Source of the DNA: an uncultured actinomycete
GTDB taxonomy: Bacteria; Actinomycetota; Acidimicrobiia; Spongiisociales; UBA5794
DNA length: 64,000 nt
Assembly: GCA_942491345.1 (NCBI GenBank)
Contig: CALOAN010000020.1
Location: forward strand, 257,671 to 321,670
Direction of reading: 5' to 3'
Made by a program: the position numbers and the translations under genes. The notes beneath the pieces were generated by a model. The model was given only the letters and a program-made list of their open reading frames with translations, did no database searches and had not been told where the DNA came from. Shown here one piece after another: positions 63,066 to 64,000 of the stretch (position 1 is the stretch's first letter; every line of letters begins with the position of its first letter).

Positions 63066-63737
63066 ATGTGCTACTCGCCGGAAGCTGATCTCGTCGCCGG
63101 TCTGGTTGTAGGAGCCGCCGGAGTTGACGCTCTACGCCACGTTGACGATCGACGCGATCTCGCGCTCGCAGCAGTCCCGTTGGTTCTCGCCGCACACCAG
63201 TTGATCGAAGCGGTCGGGTGGTGGGGCTTGCAGGACCGTGTCCCTGAAATGGCCGGAACCCTGGCAATCGGTGCGTATCTCGTGATTGCCATGGGCGTCG
63301 TGCCGGCTCTCATTCCGTACGCGGTGATGAGGACCGAGCGAGATCCGACCCGGAGCAGGATGATGGTTCCTCTTGCGGTGCTCGGTGCCGCCGTTTCCGT
63401 GGTGTTGCTCTTCGCCCTGGCAAGCGGACCATATGGGGCGGCCATCGGTGGGCGCTACATCGCGTACGAAACGACGTTGCCATGGAGCGGAGCCATCGCC
63501 GTTGCCTATGTGGTCGCTGTTTGTGCTCCTCTGTTGTTGTCGACCCACCGGCGGCTGGTCGTGTTCGGTGCTGTAAACGTCCCGATGGTGATCGGACTCG
63601 CCACGCTGCTGTCCGCCGGATTCATCTCTCTGTGGTGCATATGGGCGGCTGTCTCGAGCCTCGTCGTCACCCGGCACATCAGGGAGCAGCCGGCCAAGAG
63701 TTACAGCGACCCCTCGGCTGCCACCGCACGCAGCTAG
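63066..63737 (+). CDS. Hypothetical polytopic membrane protein (DUF6629-like by recollection)
   Basis: 223 aa from MCYSPEADLVAGLVVG. About 6 hydrophobic segments. Confidence 0.55.
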   Translation: MCYSPEADLVAGLVVGAAGVDALRHVDDRRDLALAAVPLVLAAHQLIEAVGWWGLQDRVPEMAGTLAIGAYLVIAMGVVPALIPYAVMRTERDPTRSRMMVPLAVLGAAVSVVLLFALASGPYGAAIGGRYIAYETTLPWSGAIAVAYVVAVCAPLLLSTHRRLVVFGAVNVPMVIGLATLLSAGFISLWCIWAAVSSLVVTRHIREQPAKSYSDPSAATARS

Positions 63738-63768
63738 ATCAGGATTCACGACCGTTAGCGTGGTCCGG

Positions 63769-64000
63769 ATGCAGGCCCGCGTTCTGAGCGCTCTCATAGC
63801 CGCCTCCCTCGGCTGGGGGATGGCAGGGGTCGGCACGCGCTACCTGTTCGGCGAGGGTGTCGCGACCTTCACGGTTGTTGTTGTGCGCACGTTGACGGCA
63901 ACTGCGGCCGTGCTGGTTGTCGGGCTGGCGAGCGGGACCCGGGTCGACCGGACCGCCTGGCGGGACGGCAGCATCATTGGGGTGCTGCGCATTGGGATCG
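63769..64000 (+). CDS. EamA/DMT family transporter, N-terminal part (3' end outside the window)
   Basis: Open to the window edge. Hydrophobic segments SALIAASLGWGMAGVGTRYL and FTVVVVRTLTATAAVLVVG are typical of an EamA repeat. Confidence 0.6.
   Translation, partial: MQARVLSALIAASLGWGMAGVGTRYLFGEGVATFTVVVVRTLTATAAVLVVGLASGTRVDRTAWRDGSIIGVLRIGI

Overview
High-GC (about mid-60s % by eye) chromosomal segment. Gene content is typical of Actinomycetota: ROK and GntR/HutC sugar regulation, LLM (F420/flavin-type) oxidoreductases, an MMPL transporter, an ECF sigma factor and TrkAH. About 60 protein-coding genes are supportable. I found no rRNA, tRNA or CRISPR array.

Layout:
1. 1-19 kb: a large amino-sugar/glycoside utilisation locus. 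It holds deoC, a ROK kinase, a GntR/HutC regulator, a SIS protein, a ROK regulator, a sugar ABC transporter, two Gfo/Idh/MocA dehydrogenases, a xylose-isomerase-like TIM barrel, an FAD oxidoreductase, a phosphotriesterase-homology protein, nagB, nagA and an MFS transporter. Three copies of a dre-like TGTCTAGACA palindrome sit near its promoters.
2. 19.7-23.6 kb: a cNMP-binding histidine kinase, plus a REC/Grx-like/TrxR-like fusion protein that lacks the redox cysteines, next to an MBL hydrolase.
3. 23.6-32.2 kb: LtrA, then ArsR with a perfect CRP-type TGTGA-N6-TCACA site in the adjacent promoter, an OmpR/HK pair, a PLP-decarboxylase/membrane/SDR operon and a DUF429 protein.
4. 32.3-33.9 kb: one IS3-family element with a recognisable -1 frameshift signal, followed by rmuC.
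5. 35-42 kb: an HExxH protein, a Crp/Fnr regulator, a TM0106-type RecB-like nuclease and trkH-trkA.
6. 42-47 kb: secreted repeat proteins with an ECF sigma/anti-sigma pair, an aldo-keto reductase, and a PPGQ/DK-repeat protein with a reading-frame discontinuity.
7. 47-55 kb: a PpiC lipoprotein, an MFS transporter, and an MMPL transporter divergent from a 1252-aa polytopic membrane protein ending in a patatin-like lipase domain. This pair is my top candidate for an undescribed module.
8. 55-64 kb: a lipoprotein, glgX, a LuxR/HK pair, two LLM oxidoreductases and membrane proteins.

Many long Arg/Pro-rich ORFs in the track are out-of-frame or antisense shadows of real genes. All functional calls rest on motif recognition by eye, not on database searches.
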